Positions 49,944-61,506 of a stretch of DNA of 64,000 nt are shown here, piece by piece. Origin of the DNA: Epithemia pelagica. Its lineage: Eukaryota > Protista > Bacillariophyta. Positions within the stretch are counted from its first letter, which is position 1. Each line of letters starts with the position of its first letter. The notes under the pieces are model-generated. The model was not told the origin of the DNA. It saw nothing but the letters and a program-made list of their open reading frames with translations, and did no database searches. Location: the NCBI GenBank assembly GCA_946965045.2, contig OX337231.1, positions 2,108,001 through 2,172,000 of the forward strand, read 5' to 3'. Position numbers and translations under genes: made by a program.

Positions 49944-52090
49944 ATGTCACCTGTCAACATCAAGCGCGAGGTGGACAACGAAGACAAGACAATGGAGCAA
50001 GGCAACGAGGCGGTCTCATCATTGTCGTCTTCAACTTTGTCTTGTCGTCGTCGATCGTCGGAACCCAACCTTGCCGGTACTAATAGAACAAGCAGCACCG
50101 CACCAGACAAGGACAACAAGGCAGCAGGAAAAAGTGGGACCACGGGATGGGATGTCATGTATCGCATCTTGAAGGCGTACTTTGACAAACACGGTCATAC
50201 TCAAGTGCAACAAGGTCCCAATGGGCAGCACAAATTATTGGAAACATGGGTCAAGCAACAACGGCATCAATGGAACGAGTGGATGGGTAGTGGAGGTACG
50301 ATAGACCTTGGTTGGTTGCGGCCGATCGCATGGACAAATTAGATGCGATTGGCTTCTACTCCGAGTCCCTGCCCTTGGATATCGACAACCACCAAGAGAA
50401 TGGCCTCACAAAACCATGTTCTCCATCGTCGGTTGACCATCCCCCAAACGACATCGGACAAACGTTCTTGTCTGTACCATCGACTAGAACTGATGCTTCC
50501 TCGCTTCCAGCTCAAGGGAAAAGTAGTCATACCCATGTCCCCGCAACTGCGACTGTCTCTCCACCACAACAATGGGGTTCAAAGCTAGATCAAGCTGTCA
50601 AGCAAGAAGATGATGACGACAATGACGATGTCGTGTTCCTTTTCACCAACAAAGTCCCGTCTCACGTTTCTAGTCCACTGAAAACTCATGCGCCCTCTTC
50701 CAGTTTGGCATCAACGATGGTTCCGTCCCACTACTCACCGCTGCAACATGGTCAAGATACAACCAGCTCATCACCAAAGAGCCCACGACTTTGCTTCGAA
50801 CCAAAGCCTGCCATGGCAGACCAGCTGGATATGGTTCGAACGTAAAAACTTCTTCAAACCGCGCCACTTCAAGCTCCTCGCAAGGTCACGTCTCCCGTCA
50901 CTACGACCGAAGCGTCTTCTTTTTCTTCTGGCTTTTCGGAATCAACTCTTTCCACCAACCCCACACAACGACGTTCTTCTATTCGTGGCAACAGTAGTAC
51001 GGATGATGAACAACAGAAACAAATGAAACTTTCCATCAAGTTTAAAGACTGGCTCCTGTCGCGTTCGCCCAACGAAAAAGACGCGGACCATCCATGTATC
51101 ATCCGTCGAGGTCAAAACTTGAAACACACCCGTCAAGGCAAACCCAAATGCGCAGAGAAGCAGGATGATCTGGAGCAAATCATGACCAAACAAGAATTCT
51201 TTAGTAACGAACAGATTCTGTTCAGTGGTGGCCAAGATAGCGTGAGAAACAAATGGATTACAGCGGGCTACAGTGTTGGAAATCGTTACTATTACTATGC
51301 AGCCGGGGGAAAACAAGGAGTTTACCATGTCAACAGTGACCTTTGGTGGTATCCGTCGCGGCAGCTTGCCAAGGAAGCTCTTTGGTATGTACTGGCGAGC
51401 TGGACGGCTGAGGATGACGGTCTTTTGGAATTGCTCAAACAAAATCATGGCAAACGAAGTGCTGATCATCTGCCAGATCCCTCCACAGAACGTCCTAGCA
51501 AACGGAGGGCCTCCATGAGTCCGTCGGTCCAATCCATAACACAAAGTGAGGAACCCACCACAGTGGTCGCAGAAGGACCACCCGTATTTCCGCTCAATAT
51601 AAAACCAGACTGGATTCTTTGGACCCATACTTCACGACGACTCCGAGACGAGGACACGACGAAACCGTCTTCCAGTGGCACGAATGAATCAAAACCGCGT
51701 TGTTTCCAAAAGTGCCGTCGATTTGAAACAACAGGTGAATGCCCCTATGGATTTAAATGTATCCATGCGCACGTGCACAAACATGGGAGATTTGGTGTCC
51801 CCGAACATGTTACCAAGGCCTTGGACCGTTCGGAAATTCAAGTATGGTGTCACCAGACCGAGAATCTTTCCAGCGACAAGTCTTCATCGTCGCCACGTCC
51901 AACTCATTGCTATACGAGTGGCTACGTAGATGGCAATGGCTATTTCTTTGTGTGGGGTGTGGGACAGGACCGACAGGGGACGGGCATGAAATGTCCTCAA
52001 ACGGGGCTGTGGTGGTACAAAACCAAGGAAAAGGCCATTGGGGCTTTGATTCGAAACCTACGGTCGTCGGGACGACGGCAGCAATCGTAA
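49944..52090 (+). pseudogene. HA-CCCH-WWY family copy B
   Basis: Short frameshifting deletion near 50312 relative to copies C and D; TAA at 50843-50845 where copy C has AAA. Confidence 0.85.
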
Positions 52091-53022
52091 GGGCGAACCA
52101 AGGAACGCCTTGACACTGTAAATAAAAGTGTGAATGGACGGGCAGCCCAACATACAATAGTATGTGATGTAGTCTCAGGAAGCAGGACCACCCCTGTAGG
52201 ACGGACGGCCGGAACGAAACCTTTCAAGATTCCTGTTGTTCTGTTTTCCTGTTTGAAAGAAAGGAAGGTTAAAGCAAGTATCATGAGTGGGTATGTATGG
52301 GCTGAAGACTCCTCTAGCTTGCCAGAACCCATAACATTAATTGTGAGTAATCCTCTTGGAGAAAGAGAAAAAGAATGAGTTTTGTCCTTCTTCTCAACTC
52401 ACGGTCATCTTCTTACCTCTCTTTTCTATGACCACTTGTCATCATGACCAGACCATGATCGCTCCCAATTGACCCTACCAAATCTCCAATTTATCCCTTT
52501 CTTACGTCATTTTCATGTTTCTCCAACAGTTGCGCTCGATTGGAACAAAATGTCAATCGCAACTGTTATAGTCGACTTTATTGAAGAAGGTCCAACGCGA
52601 CCTCGAATGATTGATGCTCGATGCTGCAGCCCTTGCACTCCCCTCTCAAATCATGCGATCAAGTTGCAAATCCAGCACACCAGGATGCAAGAGTTCATTC
52701 AGCAAAATCTTGGAAAGGTTGATGATTGCAGACTCTGGAACAATTTCTGAGAAGTGGAATATCTGTTTGCTTGTTTTTGCACAACTACACTCCATGTTTT
52801 TTTCCAGAACAAGTGTTACTGTACGTTTTGATAGCTCCCAGGCCCAATGTCTCAGGAGTAGAATGGACTCAAGATCAAAGATTCGTCTATGAGAGGTAGG
52901 TCGACTGTGTGCCTAAACCATTTGAGATGATTGATCATGAATATAATAATGAATCTGTGCTATGTGGTTTTATGCTTTATCTCTTACTCGTTTCCGTCGT
53001 CAGAGAGTCAGAAGCTCTCTAT

Positions 53023-53688
53023 CTATAAAAACTTCCCTTCATCAGAAATTCTGACTTCTCCCCATTTGCAGACGGCACCACACAGCCTTTGTCTTGATTG
53101 ATTTCCCTTGATCAACAAGCGAGAATTCCTCGGCTCTCCAGAACTAGCGATAATGGTTGAACGTAGAAAATCGTCAAGATTCTTGGGTGGACTGTGCGTT
53201 TCTGGGTTCCTCACATAGCCACATGGATGGTCATCACGACAGAATGGACATTGATTGGAGATCACGTTGGACATGCAAGTCTCACACATGGTGTGACCAC
53301 AGAAGAGTTATTTCAGCTTGGTTCGGGTGTGACATGTCGGGCATTCGGGTAAGTCTAATTGCACGCAATGACTGTGCCGAGCTAAATGTCCAACTGTCTT
53401 TTCCAGCACCGTGATTCGGTCGTTCTGTGCCGTGATTCGGTCGTTCTGTGCCGTGATTCGGTCGTTCTGTGCCGTGATTCGGTTGTTTTGTTCCGTCAGT
53501 TGATTTTGCATGTTTTCAATCATCGAAATAACATCCACATTTCTGTACCTGCTCTCATAGGCGCCCGCATGGCCGTTTTGCAATTGAACAACGGCAGGAG
53601 TCGACTGGTCTCCCAATGCAGATGAACGGACGGGGCTGAAAGCTGGATATACTAACTTCTCTGCGACGGCTTCTGGCAAAGACTCCAT
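53023..53688 (-). pseudogene. Coiled-coil + C3HC4 RING gene with an in-frame TAA (copy 1)
   Basis: Reading through the stop gives CPTCHTRTKLK*LFCGHTMCETC..CPFC; heptad AQNDRIT is encoded by a 21-bp tandem repeat. Confidence 0.8.
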
Positions 53689-54168
53689 AATTAGATCGCG
53701 TACCTTCTTCTGAGAGGAAGATTTGGAGATGGAACGTCCGAAAAACGAGTTTTGGAGTTGGTGTCGTTTTGTTGTTTGTGTGATTCATTCGCTTGACACC
53801 GGTTTCAAGTTTTCATGCGAAGAGCAAGACCAAACCCGGATGTGGAATGGGCGAGAACTCTGAACTCTGGGTATTGCATATTGCAATCCATTAACCGCGA
53901 CTGCGACGCTCACCTCCTGCCTGTGGCGCGTTCACTTGTTTCAAAAAAAAAAACAGAAAAGAGAAAGAAGTTGATTGAGCAAGAAGATCACTGAAGGGAA
54001 TAACCGAACAAACTAGCTACCACAACAACACATCCAGCATAAAAGCAATCCACACGCAGCCGGTCGGCCTGAGACAGGGACGGCGGCGTGATTTTCTTTT
54101 GCTCGTTGCTCATTTTGCAGTTCTCAACTGCTGACGTGTCTAGTGAACAAGAGAAGCTGCGTATCATC

Positions 54169-55795
54169 ATGCCTCCGGGGGTGAGCGTCAAGCTCGAACC
54201 GGATGGCGAACCACCGACAAAGGAGATACTGGGACCACGGGATGGGATGTCATGTATCGCATCTTGAAGGCATACTTTGAAAAACACGGTCATACGCAAG
54301 TGCAACAAGGTCCCAACGGGCAACACAAATTATTGGAAACATGGGTCAAGCAACAGCGGAATTAATGGAACCAATGGATGAACAGTGGAGGTACGATAGA
54401 CCTTGGCTGTTCTGTAGAGGTTGCGGCCGATCGAATGGACAAATTAGATGCGATTGGCTTCTACTCCGAGTCCCTGCCCTTGGATATCGACAAGCACCAA
54501 GAGAATGGCCTTAGGGTTATGGTTCGAACGAAAAAACTTCTTCAAACCGCGCCACTTCAAGCTCCTCCCAAGGTCACGTCTCCCGTCACTACGACAGAAG
54601 CGTCTTCTTTTTCTTCTGGCTTTTCGGAATCAACTCTTACCACCAACCCCACACAACGACGTTCTTCTATTCGTGGCAACAGTAGTACGGATGATGAACA
54701 ACAGAAACAAATGAAATTTTCCATCAAGTTTAAGGACTGGCTCCTGTCGCGTTCGCCCAACGAAAAAGACGCGGACCATCCATGTATCATCCGTCGAGGT
54801 CAAAACTTGAAACACATCAGTCAAGGCAAGCCCAAATGCGCAGAGAAGCAGGATGATCTGGAGCAAATCATGACCAAACAAGAATTTTTTAGTAACAAAC
54901 AGATTCTGTTCAGTGGTGGCCAAGATAGCGTGAGAAACAAATGGATTACAGCGGGCTACAGTGTTGGAAATCGTTACTATTACTATGCAGCCGGGGGAAA
55001 ACAAGGAGTGTACCATGTAGACAGTGACCTTTGGTGGTATCCGTCGCGGCAGCTTGCCAAGGAAGCTCTTTGGCATGTACTGGCGAGCTGGACGGCTGAG
55101 GATGACGGTCTTTTGGAATTGCTCAAACAAAATCATGGCAAACGAAGTGCTGATCATCTGCCAGATCCCTCCACAGAACGTCCTCGCAAACGAAGGGCCT
55201 CCATGAGTCCGTCGGTCCAATCCATAACACAAAGTGAGGAACCCACCACAGTGGTCGCAGAAGGACCACCCGTATTTCCGCTCAATATAAAACCAGACTG
55301 GCTTCTTTGGACCCATACTTCACGACGACTCCGAGACGAGGACACGGCGAAACCGTCTTCCAGTGGCACGAATAAATCAAAACCGCGTTGTTTCCAAAAG
55401 TGCCGTCGATTTGAAACAACAGGTGAATGCCCCTATGGATTTAAATGTATCCATGCGCACGTGTACAAACATGGGAGATTTGGTGTCCCCGAACATGTTA
55501 CCAAGGCCTTGGACCGTTCGGAAATTCAAGTATGGTGTCACCAGACCGAGAATCTTTCCAGCGACAAGTCTTCATCGTCGCCACGTCTTCATCGTCGCCA
55601 CGTCCAACTCATTGCTATACGAGTGGCTACGTAGATGGCAATGGCTATTTCTTTGTGTGGGGTGTGGGACAGGACCGACAGGGGACGGGCATGAAATGTC
55701 CTCAAACGGGGCTGTGGTGGTACAAAACCAAGGAAAAGGCCATTGGCGCTTTGATTCGAAACCTACGGTCGCCGGGACGACGCCGGCAATCGTAA
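54169..55795 (+). pseudogene. HA-CCCH-WWY family copy C (chimera of D 5' and B 3')
   Basis: 5' end matches D and 3' end matches B; frameshift deletion near 54220, TAA at 54363, ~425-bp internal deletion, 17-bp duplication near 55568-55601. Confidence 0.85.
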
Positions 55796-56726
55796 CAGCG
55801 AACCTAGGAATGCCATGACACTGTAAATAAAAGTGTGAGTGGACGGGCAGCCCAACATACAATAGTATGTGATGTAGTCTCAGGAAGCAGGACCACCCCT
55901 GTAGGACGGACGGCCCGAACGAAACCTTTCAAGATTCCTGTTGTTCTGTTCTCCTGTTTGAAAGAAAGGAAGGTTAAAGCAAGTATCATGAGTGGGTATG
56001 TATGGGCTGAAGACTCCTCTAGCTCGCCAGAACCCATAACATTAATTGTGAGTAATCCTCTTGGAGGAAGAGAAAAAGAATGAGTTTTGTCCTTCTTCTC
56101 AACTCACGGTCATCTTCTTACCTCTCTTTTCTATGACCACTTGTCATCATGACCAGACCATGACCGCTCCCAATTGACCCTACCAAATCTCCAATTTATC
56201 CCTTTCTTACGTCATTTTCATGTTTCTCCAACAGTTGCGCTCGATTGGAACAAAATGTCAATCGCAACTGTTATAGTCGACTTTATTGAAGAAGGTCCAA
56301 CGCGACCTCGAATGATTGATGCTCGATGCTGCAGCCCTTGCACTCCCCTCTCAAATCATGCGATCAAGTTGCAAATCCAGCACACCAGGATGCATGAGTT
56401 CATTCAGCAAAATCTTGGAAAGGTTGATGATTGCAGACTCTGGAACAATTTCTGAGAAGTGGAATATCTGTTTGCTTGTTTTTGCACAACTACACTCCAT
56501 GTTTTTTCCAGAACAAGTGTTACTGTACGTTTTGATAGCTCCCAGGCCCAATGTCTCAGGATTAGAATGGACACAAGATCAAAGATTCGTCTATGAGAGG
56601 TAGGTCGACTGTGTGCCTAAACCATTTGAGATGATTGATCATGAATATAATAATGAATCTGTGCTATGTGGTTTTATGCTTTATCTCTGACTCGTTTCCG
56701 TCGTCAGAAAGTCAGAAGCTCTCTAT

Positions 56727-57356
56727 CTATAAAAAAACTTCCCTTGATCAGAAATTCTGACTTCTCTCCATTTGCAGACGGCACCACACAGCCTCTGTCT
56801 TGATTGATTTCCCTTGATCAACAAGCGAGAATTCCTCGGCTCTCCAGAACTAGCGATAGGACATGGTTGAACGTAGAAAATCGTCAAGATTCTTGGGTGG
56901 ACTGAGCGTTTCTGGGTTCCTCACAAAGCCACATGGATGGCCATCACGACAGAATGGACATTGATTGGAGCTCACGTTGGACATGCAAGTCTCACACATG
57001 GTGTGACCACAGAAGAGTTATTTCAGCCTGGTTCGGGTTTGACATATCGGGCATTCGGTTAAGTCTGATCGCACGCAATGACTGTGCCGAGCTAAATGTC
57101 CAACTGTCTTTTCCAGCACCGTGATTCGGTCGTTCTGTGCCGTGATTCGGTTGTTTTGTTCCGTCAGTTGATTTTGCATGTTTTCAATCATCGAAATAAC
57201 ATCCACATTTCTGTACCTGCTCTCATAGGCGCCCGCATGGCCGTTTTGCAATTGAACAACGGCAGGAGTCGACTGGTCTCCCAATGCAGATGAACGGACG
57301 GGGCTGAAAACTGGATATACTAACTTCTCTGCGACGGCTTCTGGCAAAGAATCCAT
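56727..57356 (-). pseudogene. Coiled-coil + RING pseudogene (copy 2)
   Basis: Same TAA as copy 1, with two fewer 21-bp units. Confidence 0.8.
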
Positions 57357-57844
57357 TATTAGGTCGCGTACCGTCTTCTGAGAGGAAGATTGGAGATGGA
57401 ACGTCCAACAACGACGTGTGAAAAACGAGTTTTGGAATTGGTGTCGTTTTGTTGTTTGTGTGATTCGCTTGACGCCGGTTTCAAGTTTTCATGCGAAGAA
57501 GAGCAAGACCAAACCCGGATGTGGAATGGGCGAGAACTCTGAACTCTGGGTATTGCATATTGCAATCCATTAACCGCGACTGCGACGCTCTGTGGCGCGT
57601 TCGCTTGTTTCAAAAAAAAAACAGATAAGAGAGAAAGAAGTTGATTGAGCAAGAAGATCACTGAAGGCAATAACCGAACAAACTAGCTACCACAACAACA
57701 CATCCAGCATATAAGCAATCCACACGCAGTCGGTCGGCCTGAGACAGGGACGGCGGCGTGATTTTCTTCCTTTTGCTCGTTCCTCATTTTGCAGTTCTCA
57801 AGGGCTGACGTGTATAGAGTGAACAAGACAAGCTGCGTATCATC

Positions 57845-60800
57845 ATGCCTCCGGGGGTGAGCGTCAAGCTCGAACCGGATGGCGAACCACCGACAACGGA
57901 GGAAAAGAAGGAATCGGAGAATACTGGGACCACGGGATGGGATGTCATGTATCGCATCTTGAAGGCATACTTTGAAAAACACGGTCATACGCAAGTGCAA
58001 CAAGGTCCCAACGGGCAACACAAATTATTGGAAACATGGGTCAAGCAACAGCGGAATCAATGGAACCAATGGATGAACAGTGGAGGTACGATAGACCTTG
58101 GCTGTTCTGTAGAGGTTGCGGCCGATCGAATGGACAAATTAGATGCGATTGGCTTCTACTCCGAGTCCTCGCTGTTGGATCAGAACACCAACAACAGCGC
58201 AAAGAATCATAAGAATAACAACAACAACATCAATAATATCAGCAACCAACAAGCCCAAGCCGGGCAACAAGCCCAAGCCAACCAACAAGTAAAAACTAAC
58301 AAACCCGCAAATAATACAACACCAGCTCAATCAGTGAACAAAACGTCCACACTGAAAAGACCAACTCAATCGCTGCCTCCAGCGAAAGCTCCCCCATCTT
58401 CACGACCCCCTCCAGTCACAGACACCAACGCCTCTATCATTCTTTCGCCGCCGGAAAGATGGTATTCCAACCTAGCTTCTTTACCCCAACCCAAACGACC
58501 AACTCCTATCAAACAGGAAGACGATGTTACGGACTTTCCCAGTCCAGCAAAGCCCCAAACTCCCTCTGCCTCACCACCTACTCAGTCTCACGATCTGAGA
58601 ACGACCAATCAAATAGACACGAAAGGAAGCATCCCTCTTCAGCCCCCTCCACCAAGCCAACACAAAGACCAGAAGTCAAATCAAGCAAACAATCACCAGA
58701 CCGGTAAGGACTCTCATCCTACCCTTCGATCAACCCAGCACAACCAAAATGCTCCATCAACCCAACGCCAAGACCAGAAGTCTAGTCAATCAAATACCCT
58801 TACATCAACCCAACTCTACCAAGCCCCTCCTCCAACCCAACGACAAGATCACCAAGCGGCCTCTATCATTCTTTCGCTACCCGAAAGATGGTATTCCAAC
58901 CTAGCTTCTCTACCCCAACCCAAACGACCAACTCCTATCAAACAAGAAGACGATGCTATGGACGTTCCTAGTCCAGCAACACTCCAACCCCCCTCTGCCT
59001 CTCCATCTATCCTGCCTCACGATCTGAGAATGACCAATCAAATAGACAGGAAAGGAAACTTCCCTCTTCTGTCTCCTCCACCAAGCCAACACCAAGACCA
59101 GAAGTCGAATTACCAGACCGGTAAGGACTCTCATCCTAACATTCCAGCAGTTCAGCAAAAACAACATGCTCCATCAACCCAACGCCAAGACCAGAAGTCT
59201 AGCCAATCAAACACCCTTACATCAACCCAACTCTACCAAGCTCTTCCTCCAACCCAACGACAAGACCACCAATTGAATCAAACGAACAATCGCCAGAACC
59301 GCAACGATCCTTCTTCTTCTCAAACGACCCAACTTCGTAAAAATCCACCATTAGCCCAAGACCAAGAGAATCACACCGATTCTCCCTCCGTATCGACCCA
59401 ACATAATCTCGAAAACAGCAACTTTCCTCTCTGTCACCCTCGCCCTACCCAACATCAAGGTCTATTATCTGCAAATGCTCGCAAGAACCACGCTACTCAC
59501 ACGGGAAATAGCGATCCCTCAAGCACAAACGAATCCAACACATCGCAGCCATTGCTGTTTACCGCACTCCCCTCCCCACGAAGGAGCGCCCCCGCCAAGA
59601 CCAAGACGGCATTCGTCCAAAAAACTCAAACCCCCAACTCCATGGACCCCCAACGTTCGGCCGTGGCAGAAAAAAACGAAGAGATGCAACCAGAAAGACA
59701 ACTCATCCGAAATGCCCCCCTACAAGCTCCTCGCAACCTGACGTCACCTACGACGACGACCGAAGAGTCCTCCTCCTCCTCCTCATCTTCTTCTTCTTCT
59801 TCTTCGTCATCTTCATCTTCATCCTCCTCTTCATCATCTTCATCGTCGTCTTCATCATCTTCTGAATCAAGTCCTCCCACAAGTCCTGCATCACGGCGAC
59901 GTTCCTCCCTAGGCAGCAGCACCCATAGGAATGAGGAAGATCCCATGCACTTTTCCACGAAATACAAAAACTGGCTCTTTTCTCATTCGCCCGTGGACTG
60001 CCATGGTCGTCCATCAATTTCCCGACGATGTCTGCATTTTGACCGCACCGGCACGTGTAGGCGGGGAAAGCATTGTCATTTTGGACACGTGTGTAAACAT
60101 GCCGGAAACTACAAGCGTGACAAACGATCCGTGGAGAATCTAGAAGACTTGGTTGACCAAAAAGATCTGGAGAATGCACAAGTTATTCAAAAAGCCCAAG
60201 TGCATGTGGTGGGTGCCCGTGATACCAAGAAAAGAAATTGGTGTACAGCTGGATGCATTGTTCGCAATCGATTTTATTATGCAGCAGGTGGAGATGAGGG
60301 AGTCTATCACGTGGAAAGTGATCTGTGGTGGTACCCGACCAGTCACCTGGCCAAAGAAGCTCTGTGGGGTGTTTTGGCAAGCTGGACGACGGACGATGGT
60401 CTGCTGCAACTGATCCAACAGAGTGACCACCGAAACGACCCACATCCCAAACGCCATGCCGATCACAGTCCCGATCCCTCCATGGAACGTCCCCGTAAAA
60501 GAAACTCTTTAGCCCACAACGTTCCATTCACCACAACCAAACGAGAGGACATGGGGGCGAGAAGATCGTTGCCCGCACTTCCCGACATTGATCCTGATTG
60601 GCTTCTGTGGACTGCATTTTCACGTCGAATGAGGGACAAGGGCCGCAGAGGTGCTCAATCGTCTCGTGAAGCGCAGCCTCGTCGGTTCGAAAAGTGTCGT
60701 CGCTTTACTGGAACTGCCGAATGCAGCTCCAATGGAATTCCATGTCGTTATGGTCATGTGTACAAGAACGGTACCTTTGGTGTTCCAGAAGAGGTGACTC

Positions 60801-61045
60801 GAGAGTTTGAGTTTGACAAAATCCAATATTGTCATTGTCCCAGCAAGGACGGTACCGAGTGGTACACCAGTGGTTATGTGCACGGCAATGGATATTACTT
60901 TGTCTGGGGCTGGAGTGGCAAACAAGTAACAGGTGTCCAATGTCCCCAAACGGGTATCTGGTGGTACGAAAGCAAAGGAGATGCGCAAAAAGCATTGATG
61001 CGAAACCTATTGTCACCCAACAAAGTCGCTTCGATTAGTCGATGA
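57845..61045 (+). CDS. HA domain + low-complexity linker + two [CCCH zinc finger + WWY domain] modules (copy D, intact, 1066 aa)
   Basis: WDVMYRILKAYFEKHGHTQV..WVKQQR..KLDAIGF; CLHFDRTGTCRRGKHCHFGH; CRRFTGTAECSSNGIPCRYGH; WCTAG..DLWWYPTSHLAKEAL; WYTSG..GIWWYESKGDAQKAL. Confidence 0.9.
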   Translation: MPPGVSVKLEPDGEPPTTEEKKESENTGTTGWDVMYRILKAYFEKHGHTQVQQGPNGQHKLLETWVKQQRNQWNQWMNSGGTIDLGCSVEVAADRMDKLDAIGFYSESSLLDQNTNNSAKNHKNNNNNINNISNQQAQAGQQAQANQQVKTNKPANNTTPAQSVNKTSTLKRPTQSLPPAKAPPSSRPPPVTDTNASIILSPPERWYSNLASLPQPKRPTPIKQEDDVTDFPSPAKPQTPSASPPTQSHDLRTTNQIDTKGSIPLQPPPPSQHKDQKSNQANNHQTGKDSHPTLRSTQHNQNAPSTQRQDQKSSQSNTLTSTQLYQAPPPTQRQDHQAASIILSLPERWYSNLASLPQPKRPTPIKQEDDAMDVPSPATLQPPSASPSILPHDLRMTNQIDRKGNFPLLSPPPSQHQDQKSNYQTGKDSHPNIPAVQQKQHAPSTQRQDQKSSQSNTLTSTQLYQALPPTQRQDHQLNQTNNRQNRNDPSSSQTTQLRKNPPLAQDQENHTDSPSVSTQHNLENSNFPLCHPRPTQHQGLLSANARKNHATHTGNSDPSSTNESNTSQPLLFTALPSPRRSAPAKTKTAFVQKTQTPNSMDPQRSAVAEKNEEMQPERQLIRNAPLQAPRNLTSPTTTTEESSSSSSSSSSSSSSSSSSSSSSSSSSSSSSSSESSPPTSPASRRRSSLGSSTHRNEEDPMHFSTKYKNWLFSHSPVDCHGRPSISRRCLHFDRTGTCRRGKHCHFGHVCKHAGNYKRDKRSVENLEDLVDQKDLENAQVIQKAQVHVVGARDTKKRNWCTAGCIVRNRFYYAAGGDEGVYHVESDLWWYPTSHLAKEALWGVLASWTTDDGLLQLIQQSDHRNDPHPKRHADHSPDPSMERPRKRNSLAHNVPFTTTKREDMGARRSLPALPDIDPDWLLWTAFSRRMRDKGRRGAQSSREAQPRRFEKCRRFTGTAECSSNGIPCRYGHVYKNGTFGVPEEVTREFEFDKIQYCHCPSKDGTEWYTSGYVHGNGYYFVWGWSGKQVTGVQCPQTGIWWYESKGDAQKALMRNLLSPNKVASISR

Positions 61046-61506
61046 GAACATTCCCAAGTACGAAAACAACTTTGAAGGAGGACATGATCCATTGCCTCAG
61101 GACCATTGGAAAAAGCAAGTACGCTATTACCGATAGCGATTTCCAATCGCAATTGCACTTCACTACATCCTTGGAATAAAAGTACGTGTAATTCATCGTC
61201 TACCTTACTCCCATGTCTTTCTCTTCTAGGTAGAGTAGGTGCTGATCGAAGTTACCTACTCCTACTTCAAAAGAGACTATTGGCCGGAGTTAGCATTTTG
61301 TGTCTACTAATTGATGCGACACAAATACGACTTATATGCGACTCATTATATCTGACGGCGTGTTCCGCGCCAAAAATCCAAAATCCCATTGCAATTCTCG
61401 TTTCATATTCGATCCATCCTTCGAGTGGTGTTGTCATCGATCCCTTCTCGAAAAGCTCAATAGCTTCGGATTCATCTTGACATTGGTTGTCTTTGTTGCC
61501 GTCGTC

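Larger units (their letters stand above)
50831..58165. repeat. Recent ~3.7-kb tandem duplication
   Basis: Near-identical pairs: 52090/55795, 53688/57356, 54169/57845. Confidence 0.95.

Noticed and set aside
52540-52900. Short + ORFs (MSIATVIVDFIEEG..), duplicated at 56245-56600
   Set aside because: Several stops and no recognisable motif; may be a gene relic but I cannot support it.
53407-53490. Regular short repeats resembling a CRISPR array
   Set aside because: No spacers; it is a coding 21-bp tandem repeat in a eukaryotic gene.
35895-57020. Many in-frame TAA/TAG/TGA codons suggesting an alternative genetic code
   Set aside because: BMS1, LIG4, formin, UNG and LHC have no internal stops and end at standard stops; the stops cluster in repeats that also carry frameshifts. 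Only the SelU UGA has recoding evidence.
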